A DNA stretch of 32,000 bases, taken from Candidatus Saccharimonadota bacterium. GTDB lineage: Bacteria > Patescibacteriota > Patescibacteriia > 2-12-FULL-60-25. Both the position numbers and the translations under genes were made by a program. The stretch's first letter is position 1. The number at the start of each line of letters is the position of its first letter. The stretch is taken from assembly GCA_963718585.1 (NCBI GenBank), contig OY970357.1, forward strand, positions 30,001 through 62,000, read 5' to 3'. Positions 1 to 7,302 of the stretch are shown piece after piece. The notes beneath the pieces were generated by a model. The model had not been told where the DNA came from. It searched no databases and was given only the letters and a program-made list of their open reading frames with translations.

Positions 1-32
1 GGCGAGGAGCGCGTGCTCCTCAAGGGGCGTGG

Positions 33-764
33 TCAGGCTTCGGATGCCTGTTTGGGAAGGTGCGCTTCGAGTTTGCGGGCCGCTTGGAGCAGCTTCTTCT
101 TTTTGCTCTGCCGCAGCTCGGTGCAGAGGACGTTCCGCAGAGATGCGAAATCGCCGTTGCGTAGAGCTTCATTGATCGCATAGCTCTTGGGATCGAGCGC
201 ATGGAGGATCTGCACGATCGCGGCCCGGGTCCGCTGTTCGTCCTCCGGCCACTTCCGGTGGACCACGATCTCGTCGACGGCCTGGATGGTGTCGTTGGTG
301 AGATCATCGTTGTCCGGGATCGTGAGGCCGTACTGGTCATCGAGCTTGAGGCGGATCTGGATGATCAGGAGCGAGGACGTCGCCGTCGCACCAGGCGGCG
401 GGATGCTCGCGGACTTGCCGCGGGCCTTGTCGAACTCATCGGCCGAGATGGAGGGCGGTTCGCGCTCTCCGATGATGGCCGAGTCCCGTCCTTCGAGGAG
501 CTCGTCGTCACCGACCTCGATCGGATCATCGTCGAAGAGGTCGTCGATGGCCGCCGCCTCTTCCGGTGGGAGTGATCCGGTCTGGACTTCGATCTCGGCG
601 CCGTCGTCGGAGGAGGAGTTGTCATGTGATGACAACGGCTCCGTATCCGGCGCTGTTGCGTCGGCTTCACCAGACGGGGGCGGCGAACGGGTGGGACGAG
701 AGTCATCCCAGTCCTCGTCGACCGGAGCGTCTGCTTCGGCTTCAGGGATATGGGCGCTCAACAT
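33..764 (-). CDS. hypothetical protein, acidic low-complexity N-terminal two thirds plus ordered-looking C-terminal ~100 aa
   Basis: 243-aa ORF with ATG at 764. It is co-directional with 815..1699 and lies 50 nt downstream of it. The N-terminus is D/E/S/P-rich (DEDWDDSRPT, SSSDDGAEIE); the C-terminus reads LLIIQIRLKLDDQYGLTIPD... No family recognised and no SD seen. Confidence 0.5.
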   Translation of the reverse strand: MLSAHIPEAEADAPVDEDWDDSRPTRSPPPSGEADATAPDTEPLSSHDNSSSDDGAEIEVQTGSLPPEEAAAIDDLFDDDPIEVGDDELLEGRDSAIIGEREPPSISADEFDKARGKSASIPPPGATATSSLLIIQIRLKLDDQYGLTIPDNDDLTNDTIQAVDEIVVHRKWPEDEQRTRAAIVQILHALDPKSYAINEALRNGDFASLRNVLCTELRQSKKKKLLQAARKLEAHLPKQASEA

Positions 765-814
765 CGGTGGAGGTGTGGCCTGCTCGGCCGTCTCTTCCGA
801 CGATGCCGGCGCCC

Positions 815-1699
815 CTAGGCTTTTGGGCCTTCGTCCTCCGCTCCGTCGATCACATCGGAGACCTCGGTGCTTTCGGGGGCCTCCTCGACCGTGATCTCCT
901 CGACCACCTCTTCGAGCTCGAGCGGGCGTTCGAAGCCCATCTTCTTCGCAGCGACCTCGATGAGGTTCTTGAAGTTGACGAGAGGGATGTGCGTCACGAT
1001 CTTGGACACCGTGACGATCTCCACCTCGTGCTTCGCTGAGAAGCGTTCACCCGGCTTCGCCTTCTCGAGCTCCAACCGGGCCTTGTCGACCGCGGCGCGG
1101 ACTTCAAGCGGGATCTTCGCTTGCCAGAGCTCGTAGTCGAGCGCGGTGCGGAGGTCCCAGTGCGTGATGATGGGCTGAAGCTTCTTGTTGTCGAAGTCGC
1201 GATCGCTTCGCAAACACGAGTTGAGGAACTTCTCCATGACCAGTCGGTGTTCTTCGGTGTCCTGGTCGAGCGGAAGCGCGTCCATCGCGCTGAAGAACAG
1301 GTTGGCGGCATCGCCATACAGGACAAGTTCTTCGGCCTTGAAGGCCACCTCGAACTCGGCGGACGTCCGATCCTCTTCGAGGACCTCGTCGAGGAGGGAC
1401 GCCTGCATGTCCGGAGCCATGCGACGGGCTGCCTTGGGAAGGAGTCCGGTCAGCTCCGTGACGATCCGTTGCCGGATGTCGGGACGCTGCTCGAGCATGC
1501 GCATGCGGTCCGTGGCGGTCAGCGCCTCGCGGCGTTGTTCCGGGGTCCACCAGGGGAGGTCGAGCTCGCGGAGCTCCTTGAGGAGTTCTGCGAGGATCTG
1601 CAGCGCCGGGCTCTTGCCCAGCGCGATATCTGCCTCGTGGTCGAGGACATCGTCTTCGACGTCGGGGTCTTTGTGAACGAGCGCTGAAATTGGGACCAT
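815..1699 (-). CDS. hypothetical protein (acidic, helical-looking)
   Basis: The ORF track gives 815..1735. The internal ATG at 1699 is preceded by AAAGGAGGG with a 4-nt spacer, so 1699 is the preferred start (MVPISALVHKD...). Acidic C-terminal tail. No family recognised. Confidence 0.7.
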   Translation of the reverse strand: MVPISALVHKDPDVEDDVLDHEADIALGKSPALQILAELLKELRELDLPWWTPEQRREALTATDRMRMLEQRPDIRQRIVTELTGLLPKAARRMAPDMQASLLDEVLEEDRTSAEFEVAFKAEELVLYGDAANLFFSAMDALPLDQDTEEHRLVMEKFLNSCLRSDRDFDNKKLQPIITHWDLRTALDYELWQAKIPLEVRAAVDKARLELEKAKPGERFSAKHEVEIVTVSKIVTHIPLVNFKNLIEVAAKKMGFERPLELEEVVEEITVEEAPESTEVSDVIDGAEDEGPKA

Positions 1700-1773
1700 T
1701 TGCCCTCCTTTGTTGGTAAAATGGCAGTCAGACATTTGCAGATATCTGCGCTTTTGTCAAGTGTGACAAGGCC

Positions 1774-1799
1774 AAAAAACCCTCCGCTCGGAGGGTTTT
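1774..1799 (-). terminator. intrinsic terminator after fba
   Basis: Minus-sense AACCCTCC-GAGC-GGAGGGTT followed by TTTTGG, 20 nt after the fba stop. Confidence 0.75.
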
Positions 1800-1819
1800 C
1801 ACGGTGTCTTTCGGATGTG

Positions 1820-2737
1820 TTAGGCGCGCCCTGCACTCTTGAAGAGCTTCATCTTTCGCATGGCCACTTCGCGCATGAGGAGATTACCCGGTTCGAGCAG
1901 CTTCCGTGGGTCGATGACCTTCGGCAGATCATGGACCGCTTCCCGGACGCCCGCCGTGAAGGCGAGACGGAGATCCGTGTCGATGTTGATCTTGGACACG
2001 CCGTGTTTGATCGCCTGGGTGATGTCCTTATCGAGGACGCCGCGCGCTTCGCCGATCTTCGCACCATATTTTTCCGCCAGCTCTTTGACGTCTTCCATCA
2101 CCCCCGAGGCGCCGTGAAGCACGATCGGGAGGGTGATGACCTTTGCGATCTCTTTCAACCGCGGGATATCGATGTGTGTTTGGCCCTTGAACTTGTATGC
2201 GCCGTGGGCCGTACCGATCGCGACCGCGAGCGAGTCGCATTTTACGGCCTTCGCGAACTTCACCGCCTCATCCGGGCTCGTCAGATGTGCGTCCCGCTCC
2301 TTCACGGTCACGAAATCTTCAATGCCTTTGATCGCGCCGATCTCAGCCTCCACAGACACCCCTTTCGCATGGGCCCAGGACACGACCTTCTTCGTGTTGC
2401 GGACGTTCTCGGCGTAGGGGAGGGCAGAGCCGTCGTACATGACCGAGGTATATCCGCTTTGGATCGCCTGTTTCACGATCTTCAGATCCTTGCCGTGGTC
2501 GAGATGCATGACGACCGGGACTTTGCCCGTGGCGGCGACGCGGATCATGGCCACAAGGTAATCCATCCCAGCGTAGTGGATCGCGCCTTCGGAGGTCTGC
2601 ACGATGATCGGCGAACGCATCTTTTCCGCCGCGGATATGACGGCCTTGAGAGCCTCAAGATCATTGATGTTGAGAGCCGGGACGGCGTAGCCCTTTTTCC
2701 GCGCGGGGAGAAGGACTTTTTTGGCAGTGACGAGCAT
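1820..2737 (-). CDS. fba: class II fructose-bisphosphate (ketose-bisphosphate) aldolase
   Basis: 305 aa with typical class II FBA/tagatose-bisphosphate aldolase blocks: PALNINDLE, PIIVQTSEGA, VVMHLDHG, EAEIGAIKG, LAVAIGTAHGAYK, LVLHGASG. Confidence 0.9.
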   Translation of the reverse strand: MLVTAKKVLLPARKKGYAVPALNINDLEALKAVISAAEKMRSPIIVQTSEGAIHYAGMDYLVAMIRVAATGKVPVVMHLDHGKDLKIVKQAIQSGYTSVMYDGSALPYAENVRNTKKVVSWAHAKGVSVEAEIGAIKGIEDFVTVKERDAHLTSPDEAVKFAKAVKCDSLAVAIGTAHGAYKFKGQTHIDIPRLKEIAKVITLPIVLHGASGVMEDVKELAEKYGAKIGEARGVLDKDITQAIKHGVSKINIDTDLRLAFTAGVREAVHDLPKVIDPRKLLEPGNLLMREVAMRKMKLFKSAGRA

Positions 2738-2740
2738 AGG

Positions 2741-3754
2741 TCAGTGTTTATGGAGCTTAGGCTTCACCTTCGCAAATTTTCGTAACGTACGTTTCATACC
2801 CGCGCGATCTAGGAGTCCGGCCTGTGGACCGACTTCATGGATGACGCTCCATCCATTGGCCGTGCCCCATCGGAGCGCTTCGGGAAGTTTGAGATGACGA
2901 AGATGGGCGACCGTGGCCGCCGTCGCGAAGCTATCGCCTGCGCCCGTCGTCTCGATCGGTTTTCCGTCGAAGATAGGCATGTGCCAGTGCTCCTTTCCGT
3001 CCCAGGCATCCGCACCGTTCTTGCCGTCGGTGATGATGACGGTCTTGGCACCGTAATGGGTGAAGGCCTGCAGGAGGTTGCACATGGTGCGTTCGCCGTC
3101 CTTGAGGAGGTATTCCGCCTCGTCTTTGTTGAGGATGAAGAGATCGGACCGGGCGATCAGCGGAAGGACCCCTTTCAATCCATCTCGGACGTGCGTGGTC
3201 CCCGGCTGAAAGGCGAAGAAGACCTTCGGACGTTTTTTCAGTTCCGCAACGAGGAGTCGGTCCATTTTTTTATGGTCCTTCCCCATGGCCGAGTAGTAGA
3301 TGCACTTGGTCGGTGGGAGCTTGGGGAGCTTGTAATCCCGTTTCTCGAAATGGACGAGTTGGGTCTTTTCCCCACGGAAGATCACGAGCGTCGATTCAGA
3401 GGTCGGATGCTTCTTGTCCGTGAAGATATATTTGTGTTCGACCTTCTCTTTTTCCAGTGCTTCTCGGATATGTCGTCCGGAACGGTCGTCGCCGATCCAG
3501 CTGACCAGCGCAGAGGTGAGACCGAGGCGCGATGCGCCGACCGCGGCATTGGCGGAGTTCCCGGCGGCCGGGACCTTGATGATCTTTTGGACCGGGATCT
3601 TGTCTGCGTATTCAAGACAGAGGAGGCACGTGTCTTTATGGATGCTGCAACTGACCGTCGCATCGTGGATGAAATAGAAGACATCGCGCAGCGATTCGCC
3701 GATGGCGATGAGGTCGGGGTTGCGTTTCTTGGTAGAACGGGCTGGCATAGGCAT
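2741..3754 (-). CDS. PfkB-family (ribokinase-like) sugar/sugar-phosphate kinase
   Basis: 337 aa. N-terminal GG-type sugar-binding region (AAGNSANAAVGASRLG) and C-terminal TGAGDSFATAA anion-hole motif. Its stop lies 3 nt upstream of the fba start. Confidence 0.85.
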   Translation of the reverse strand: MPMPARSTKKRNPDLIAIGESLRDVFYFIHDATVSCSIHKDTCLLCLEYADKIPVQKIIKVPAAGNSANAAVGASRLGLTSALVSWIGDDRSGRHIREALEKEKVEHKYIFTDKKHPTSESTLVIFRGEKTQLVHFEKRDYKLPKLPPTKCIYYSAMGKDHKKMDRLLVAELKKRPKVFFAFQPGTTHVRDGLKGVLPLIARSDLFILNKDEAEYLLKDGERTMCNLLQAFTHYGAKTVIITDGKNGADAWDGKEHWHMPIFDGKPIETTGAGDSFATAATVAHLRHLKLPEALRWGTANGWSVIHEVGPQAGLLDRAGMKRTLRKFAKVKPKLHKH

Positions 3755-3789
3755 TCAGCATACCAGCGATGTGCGGGTGCGAACACCCA

Positions 3790-4392
3790 TCAAAGGATCA
3801 TCGCGCGAAGGCGCCGGACCATGCCGAGTCGTTTGCGGAAGTGTTCGACCTGATCAGGCGTCGCAAGGCCATTCGAAGCGCGATCGGCGGTCTCCATGAG
3901 GTCTTGGTTCGCCTCCGCCTCGATCCGATCCATGATCGCGCCGGCGTCTGCGGGGAGTTTGGTTCCGTCTTTTGCTGCACGAACCGCTTCATCCAAGGCA
4001 TCGCGGCGCATGGTCTGGGCAAGGAGGGCGTCCTCGGCCGAGGAGATCTCCGCAGGGGTCGCGCGCGGAACCTCATGTCCCGGAACGTATGTCATGTTGC
4101 CGGGATTCTTCTTCTTCCGGAGCGACGCCTGCATACGGATGACGTCGTTGTTCGCTTCCTGAAGGAGTGTGGTCAATCCGTTGATCAGTTCCTGGGCCGC
4201 AGCGACCTCCGCCCCGGGCGGAGATCCGTAGATCTTCGTGTCACGAGAGAGGCGGGGGGGAGTGACCCCCTGCCGTTCGAGTTCCGCGATCTTCGCGTGT
4301 ATGGCCGCAGCCTGCTCCGGCGTCTTGATCATGCGTTGACCGATCGGACGGCGCGCGTTCTTCGGACCGGAAGGAGGAGTGTCCCGGTTCAT
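3790..4392 (-). CDS. hypothetical protein (Ala-rich, probably helical/coiled)
   Basis: 200-aa ORF that fills the gap inside the operon. Its ATG (4392) lies 1 nt after the transketolase C-subunit TGA (4394..4396), suggesting translational coupling. No family recognised. Confidence 0.6.
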   Translation of the reverse strand: MNRDTPPSGPKNARRPIGQRMIKTPEQAAAIHAKIAELERQGVTPPRLSRDTKIYGSPPGAEVAAAQELINGLTTLLQEANNDVIRMQASLRKKKNPGNMTYVPGHEVPRATPAEISSAEDALLAQTMRRDALDEAVRAAKDGTKLPADAGAIMDRIEAEANQDLMETADRASNGLATPDQVEHFRKRLGMVRRLRAMIL

Positions 4393-4393
4393 A

Positions 4394-5395
4394 TCACGCT
4401 GTACGCTTCATCGCGCGGCCGACGGCCGCGACGATGTCCTTCGCGCGCATACCGTACTTGGTGAGGAGTTCACCCGGTTCGCCGGATTCGCCGAACGAGT
4501 CCGGCATGCCGATGCGTTCCAAGGGAACGGGCGTGTGGGTCACGAGCGATTCGGCGACCGCGCCGGCCAATCCACCGGTGACTTGGTGTTCCTCGACGGT
4601 CACGCAACAACCGGTCTTCTTCACACTTTGTTCCAACGTGTCGTGATCGAACGGTTTCAACGTATGGCAGTTCAGGACCTCGGCGGAGATGCCTTGCTTC
4701 TCCAGGTCGCGCGCGGCGAGGAGCGCTTCCGCAAGCAACGGACCGCACGCGGCGATCGTCACGTCTGTCCCCACAATGCAGGTATTCGTCTTTCCGATCT
4801 CGAATGGCGTGTCTGCCGTCGTGATGACGGGCGTCTTTTCGCGCGTGAAACGGAAGTAGCACGGACCGACATGCTCGGCGACCGCGTGCGTGCATTTCCG
4901 CGTCTCTTCGGCATCGCAGGGGACTACGATCGTCAGATTCGGGAGGGCCCGGACCGAGGCGATATCCTCGAGTGCTTGATGCGTGGCTCCATCCGGACCG
5001 ACCGAGATGCCGGAGTGCGCACCAGCGACTTTCACATTCGCATCGCCGTAACAGACGGAGACGCGAAGCTGATCCCAGCAACGGCCGGGAACGAATACCG
5101 CATACGAAGAGACGAATGGGATCTTCCCGGCAAAGGCGAGCCCTGCGGCCGTGCCCATCATATTCTGTTCGGCGACCCCGCATTCCACGAATCGCTCCGG
5201 AAATTTCTTTTGGAAGTGATACGCGCGCGTGGATTCAGAGAGATCACCGGTCAGGACCACGACATCTGGATCGGTATCGCCGAGCTCGACGAGCCCCTGA
5301 CCGTATCCATTACGGGTCGGGATCTTTTCGACGTCGGGGCTGAAGATCTGGTCGTTGAGATGGAGTTCAGGATTCAACATATCATTCGCCTTCAT
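4394..5395 (-). CDS. transketolase, C-terminal subunit (pyrimidine-binding + C-terminal domains)
   Basis: 333 aa. Contains FVECGVAEQNMMGTAAGLA and GATHQALEDIA blocks typical of the transketolase Pyr domain. Forms a split-gene arrangement with 5382..6278. Confidence 0.9.
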   Translation of the reverse strand: MKANDMLNPELHLNDQIFSPDVEKIPTRNGYGQGLVELGDTDPDVVVLTGDLSESTRAYHFQKKFPERFVECGVAEQNMMGTAAGLAFAGKIPFVSSYAVFVPGRCWDQLRVSVCYGDANVKVAGAHSGISVGPDGATHQALEDIASVRALPNLTIVVPCDAEETRKCTHAVAEHVGPCYFRFTREKTPVITTADTPFEIGKTNTCIVGTDVTIAACGPLLAEALLAARDLEKQGISAEVLNCHTLKPFDHDTLEQSVKKTGCCVTVEEHQVTGGLAGAVAESLVTHTPVPLERIGMPDSFGESGEPGELLTKYGMRAKDIVAAVGRAMKRTA

Positions 5396-6278
5396 GGGTG
5401 ATCTGACCGCCGAGCGTGCGGAGTTCAGCGAGTGCGACCTTGGCCTCTTCGGCGTTCGGAGGTTTCCCGTGCCATTCGAATCGGTTTTCCATGAAGCTCA
5501 CGCCTTTTCCCGGGATGGTGTGACAGAGGATGAGCGTCGGATTCTCCGCCGTAGCGCGCGCTTGGCTCGCAGCATCCACGACCTCACGGATGTTGTGTCC
5601 GTCGACTTCGACGACCGACCAATTCCACGCACGGAATTTGTCTGCGAGGGGTTCGAGGGGCATGACGTTCTCGGTGAAACCATCGATCTGGATGTTGTTG
5701 CGATCGAGGATCGCGGTCAGCTCCCGAAGATCCTTCTTTCCGGCGAGCATGGCTGCTTCCCAGGTCTGACCTTCGTCCAGTTCTCCATCCGACAGGAGAC
5801 ACCACGTATGCCACGTCGGAAGCTTCTTCGCCTTCGGGTCCGCTTCGTTGCGCTGATCATTCATCCGCGATGCGAGGGCCATGCCGACGGCCTGGGACAG
5901 GCCTTGTCCGAGCGGACCGCCGCAGGTCTCGATCGGAAGATCCGGCTGGAAATGGTTATTGGAATGGCCCTGAAGGCGCGTACCGAGTTTGCGCAAGGTT
6001 AAAAGCTCTTCCCGCGGGAGATAGCCGCGATTCGCAAGCGTCGCGTACAGCACTGGGCAGATATGTGCATTGGAGAGGACGATCCGGTCGCGGTCGGCGG
6101 CCCCGCGGGTCTCAGGGGTGATATGCGCGATCTCGTAGTACAAGGCGGTGAAGACGTCGGCCATGCCGAGCGGGCCGGCAGAGTGACCGCTTTTCGCGGC
6201 AAGAAGCGAGGAGATCACGTCTTCGCGGATCTGATTCGCCGTGAGATCGAGCTCACGGAGGCGTTTAGATGACATCAT
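5382..6278 (-). CDS. transketolase, N-terminal (ThDP-binding) subunit
   Basis: Contains SGHSAGPLGMADV and LLSDGELDEGQTWEA (GDG-type ThDP motif). The ORF track extends to 6353, but that extension crosses a terminator hairpin. ATG ATG at 6278 is preceded by GGAAGGAAAGG. Overlaps the C-subunit gene by 14 nt. Confidence 0.9.
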   Translation of the reverse strand: MMSSKRLRELDLTANQIREDVISSLLAAKSGHSAGPLGMADVFTALYYEIAHITPETRGAADRDRIVLSNAHICPVLYATLANRGYLPREELLTLRKLGTRLQGHSNNHFQPDLPIETCGGPLGQGLSQAVGMALASRMNDQRNEADPKAKKLPTWHTWCLLSDGELDEGQTWEAAMLAGKKDLRELTAILDRNNIQIDGFTENVMPLEPLADKFRAWNWSVVEVDGHNIREVVDAASQARATAENPTLILCHTIPGKGVSFMENRFEWHGKPPNAEEAKVALAELRTLGGQITHEGE

Positions 6279-6305
6279 GTCCGCATTGTACGCCTTTCCT
6301 TCCAG

Positions 6306-6345
6306 ACAGAAAACCAAACCCCGCCTGAGCGCAGGCGGGGTTTGG
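6306..6345 (-). terminator. intrinsic terminator after 6393..7184
   Basis: 12-bp stem CCAAACCCCGCC (6314..6325) / GGCGGGGTTTGG (6334..6345). The minus-sense hairpin is followed by TTTTCTGT. Confidence 0.8.
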
Positions 6346-6392
6346 TCGGCCATTCCACCCCTCGAAAGAGGAGAACGTCCATGGGTACGGTC

Positions 6393-7184
6393 CTACTGAA
6401 CGTTGACGGTACCCTGCATCACCGTGTTGTTCGCATCGTGGTAGTTGTATGAACCCGGTGTGTTGAAGACATGGCTATATGTTCCCTGGTAGGCCATGTT
6501 GCCTGAGGTCCAGCCGTCGCCCAAGACGTTATGGGCGGCGCTGTCCTGGTTCTTCCAGGTGACGGTCGTACCCGCGTTCACGGTCACGGTCGTCGGGACG
6601 AAGCCGTTCGAGACGGTCCCGATCGAGATCGTGACGTCATTCGCGTCGAACTGTTTGTCCTGCCCGATGGTCGTGGTCTGCGTCGTCACGTCTGCCGGTT
6701 TGTAGTCAGACGCCGTCTGGATGTCTGTGCCGATCTTGTAGTTGACGAAGAATGCGTCCGGGATGTCATCGATCTGGTTCTTCCAGCTCAAGCCGTATAA
6801 CGTCTCGGCGAGCTGTTCCGAACCGACGTGGCGAAGGAATCCACCCTGATCGACCACGTAGACCTTCGGGTCCGTCGTGATCTTCACCATCTTCACTCCC
6901 GGGCGATACGTGACGTTGCCGCCGAGCGGGATGGTCGAGAGGACCCCGTCCGGGATCTGCTTCACGGTCGAGAAATCCTTGTACCAGGTGAAGTAGGTCT
7001 TTTCATTCGGAAAGACGAACCGCGTCCCATTGGTCGCATAGTAATAGACGGTCGAGCCTGATCCTTTGATCAGGTCGCCGAACGAGAATGCCGTCGTTGT
7101 CGCAGCGTGCGACGCGAGCGGCGCGGCGATCATCGCTGCGCTCGCGATGATCGATGCAAGCTTGGTGAGCTTCATGATATACAT
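6393..7184 (-). CDS. secreted protein: signal peptide, conserved N-terminal domain shared with 7303..8787, C-terminal cupredoxin-like domain lacking Cu ligands
   Basis: Signal peptide MKLTKLASIIASAAMIAAPLASHA. The block GGNVTYRPGVKMVKITTDPKVY is nearly identical to one in the neighbouring gene. The C-terminus (TVTVNAGTTVTWKNQDSAAHNV...GSYNYHDANNTVMQGTVNV) follows the plastocyanin/halocyanin pattern. The start could be 7184 or 7175. Confidence 0.75.
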   Translation of the reverse strand: MYIMKLTKLASIIASAAMIAAPLASHAATTTAFSFGDLIKGSGSTVYYYATNGTRFVFPNEKTYFTWYKDFSTVKQIPDGVLSTIPLGGNVTYRPGVKMVKITTDPKVYVVDQGGFLRHVGSEQLAETLYGLSWKNQIDDIPDAFFVNYKIGTDIQTASDYKPADVTTQTTTIGQDKQFDANDVTISIGTVSNGFVPTTVTVNAGTTVTWKNQDSAAHNVLGDGWTSGNMAYQGTYSHVFNTPGSYNYHDANNTVMQGTVNVQ

Positions 7185-7204
7185 GTTTAAAGAATGATGA
7201 GGGA

Positions 7205-7233
7205 AGTGTAGGCGCGCGCCTGCGCGGCGTCAA
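7205..7233 (-). promoter_or_regulatory. sigma-70-type promoter for 6393..7184
   Basis: Minus-sense TTGACG (7233..7228), 17-nt spacer, TACACT (7210..7205). Confidence 0.55.
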
Positions 7234-7248
7234 CTTTGTTCTAGGGCG

Positions 7249-7280
7249 AAAAAAAGACCCCGGCATCACATGCCGGGGTC
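7249..7280 (-). terminator. intrinsic terminator after 7303..8787
   Basis: Minus-sense GACCCCGGCAT-GTG-ATGCCGGGGTC followed by TTTTTTT. Confidence 0.85.
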
Positions 7281-7302
7281 GTCGAACGTTCGTATGTTGT
7301 CC

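Noticed and set aside
1700-5401. Plus-strand ORFs 1700..2785, 2837..3853, 3769..4464 and 4379..5401, opposite fba, the PfkB kinase and transketolase
   Set aside because: All are mirror frames of well-supported minus-strand genes, with Arg/Gly/Asp-rich composition and no SD or promoter context.
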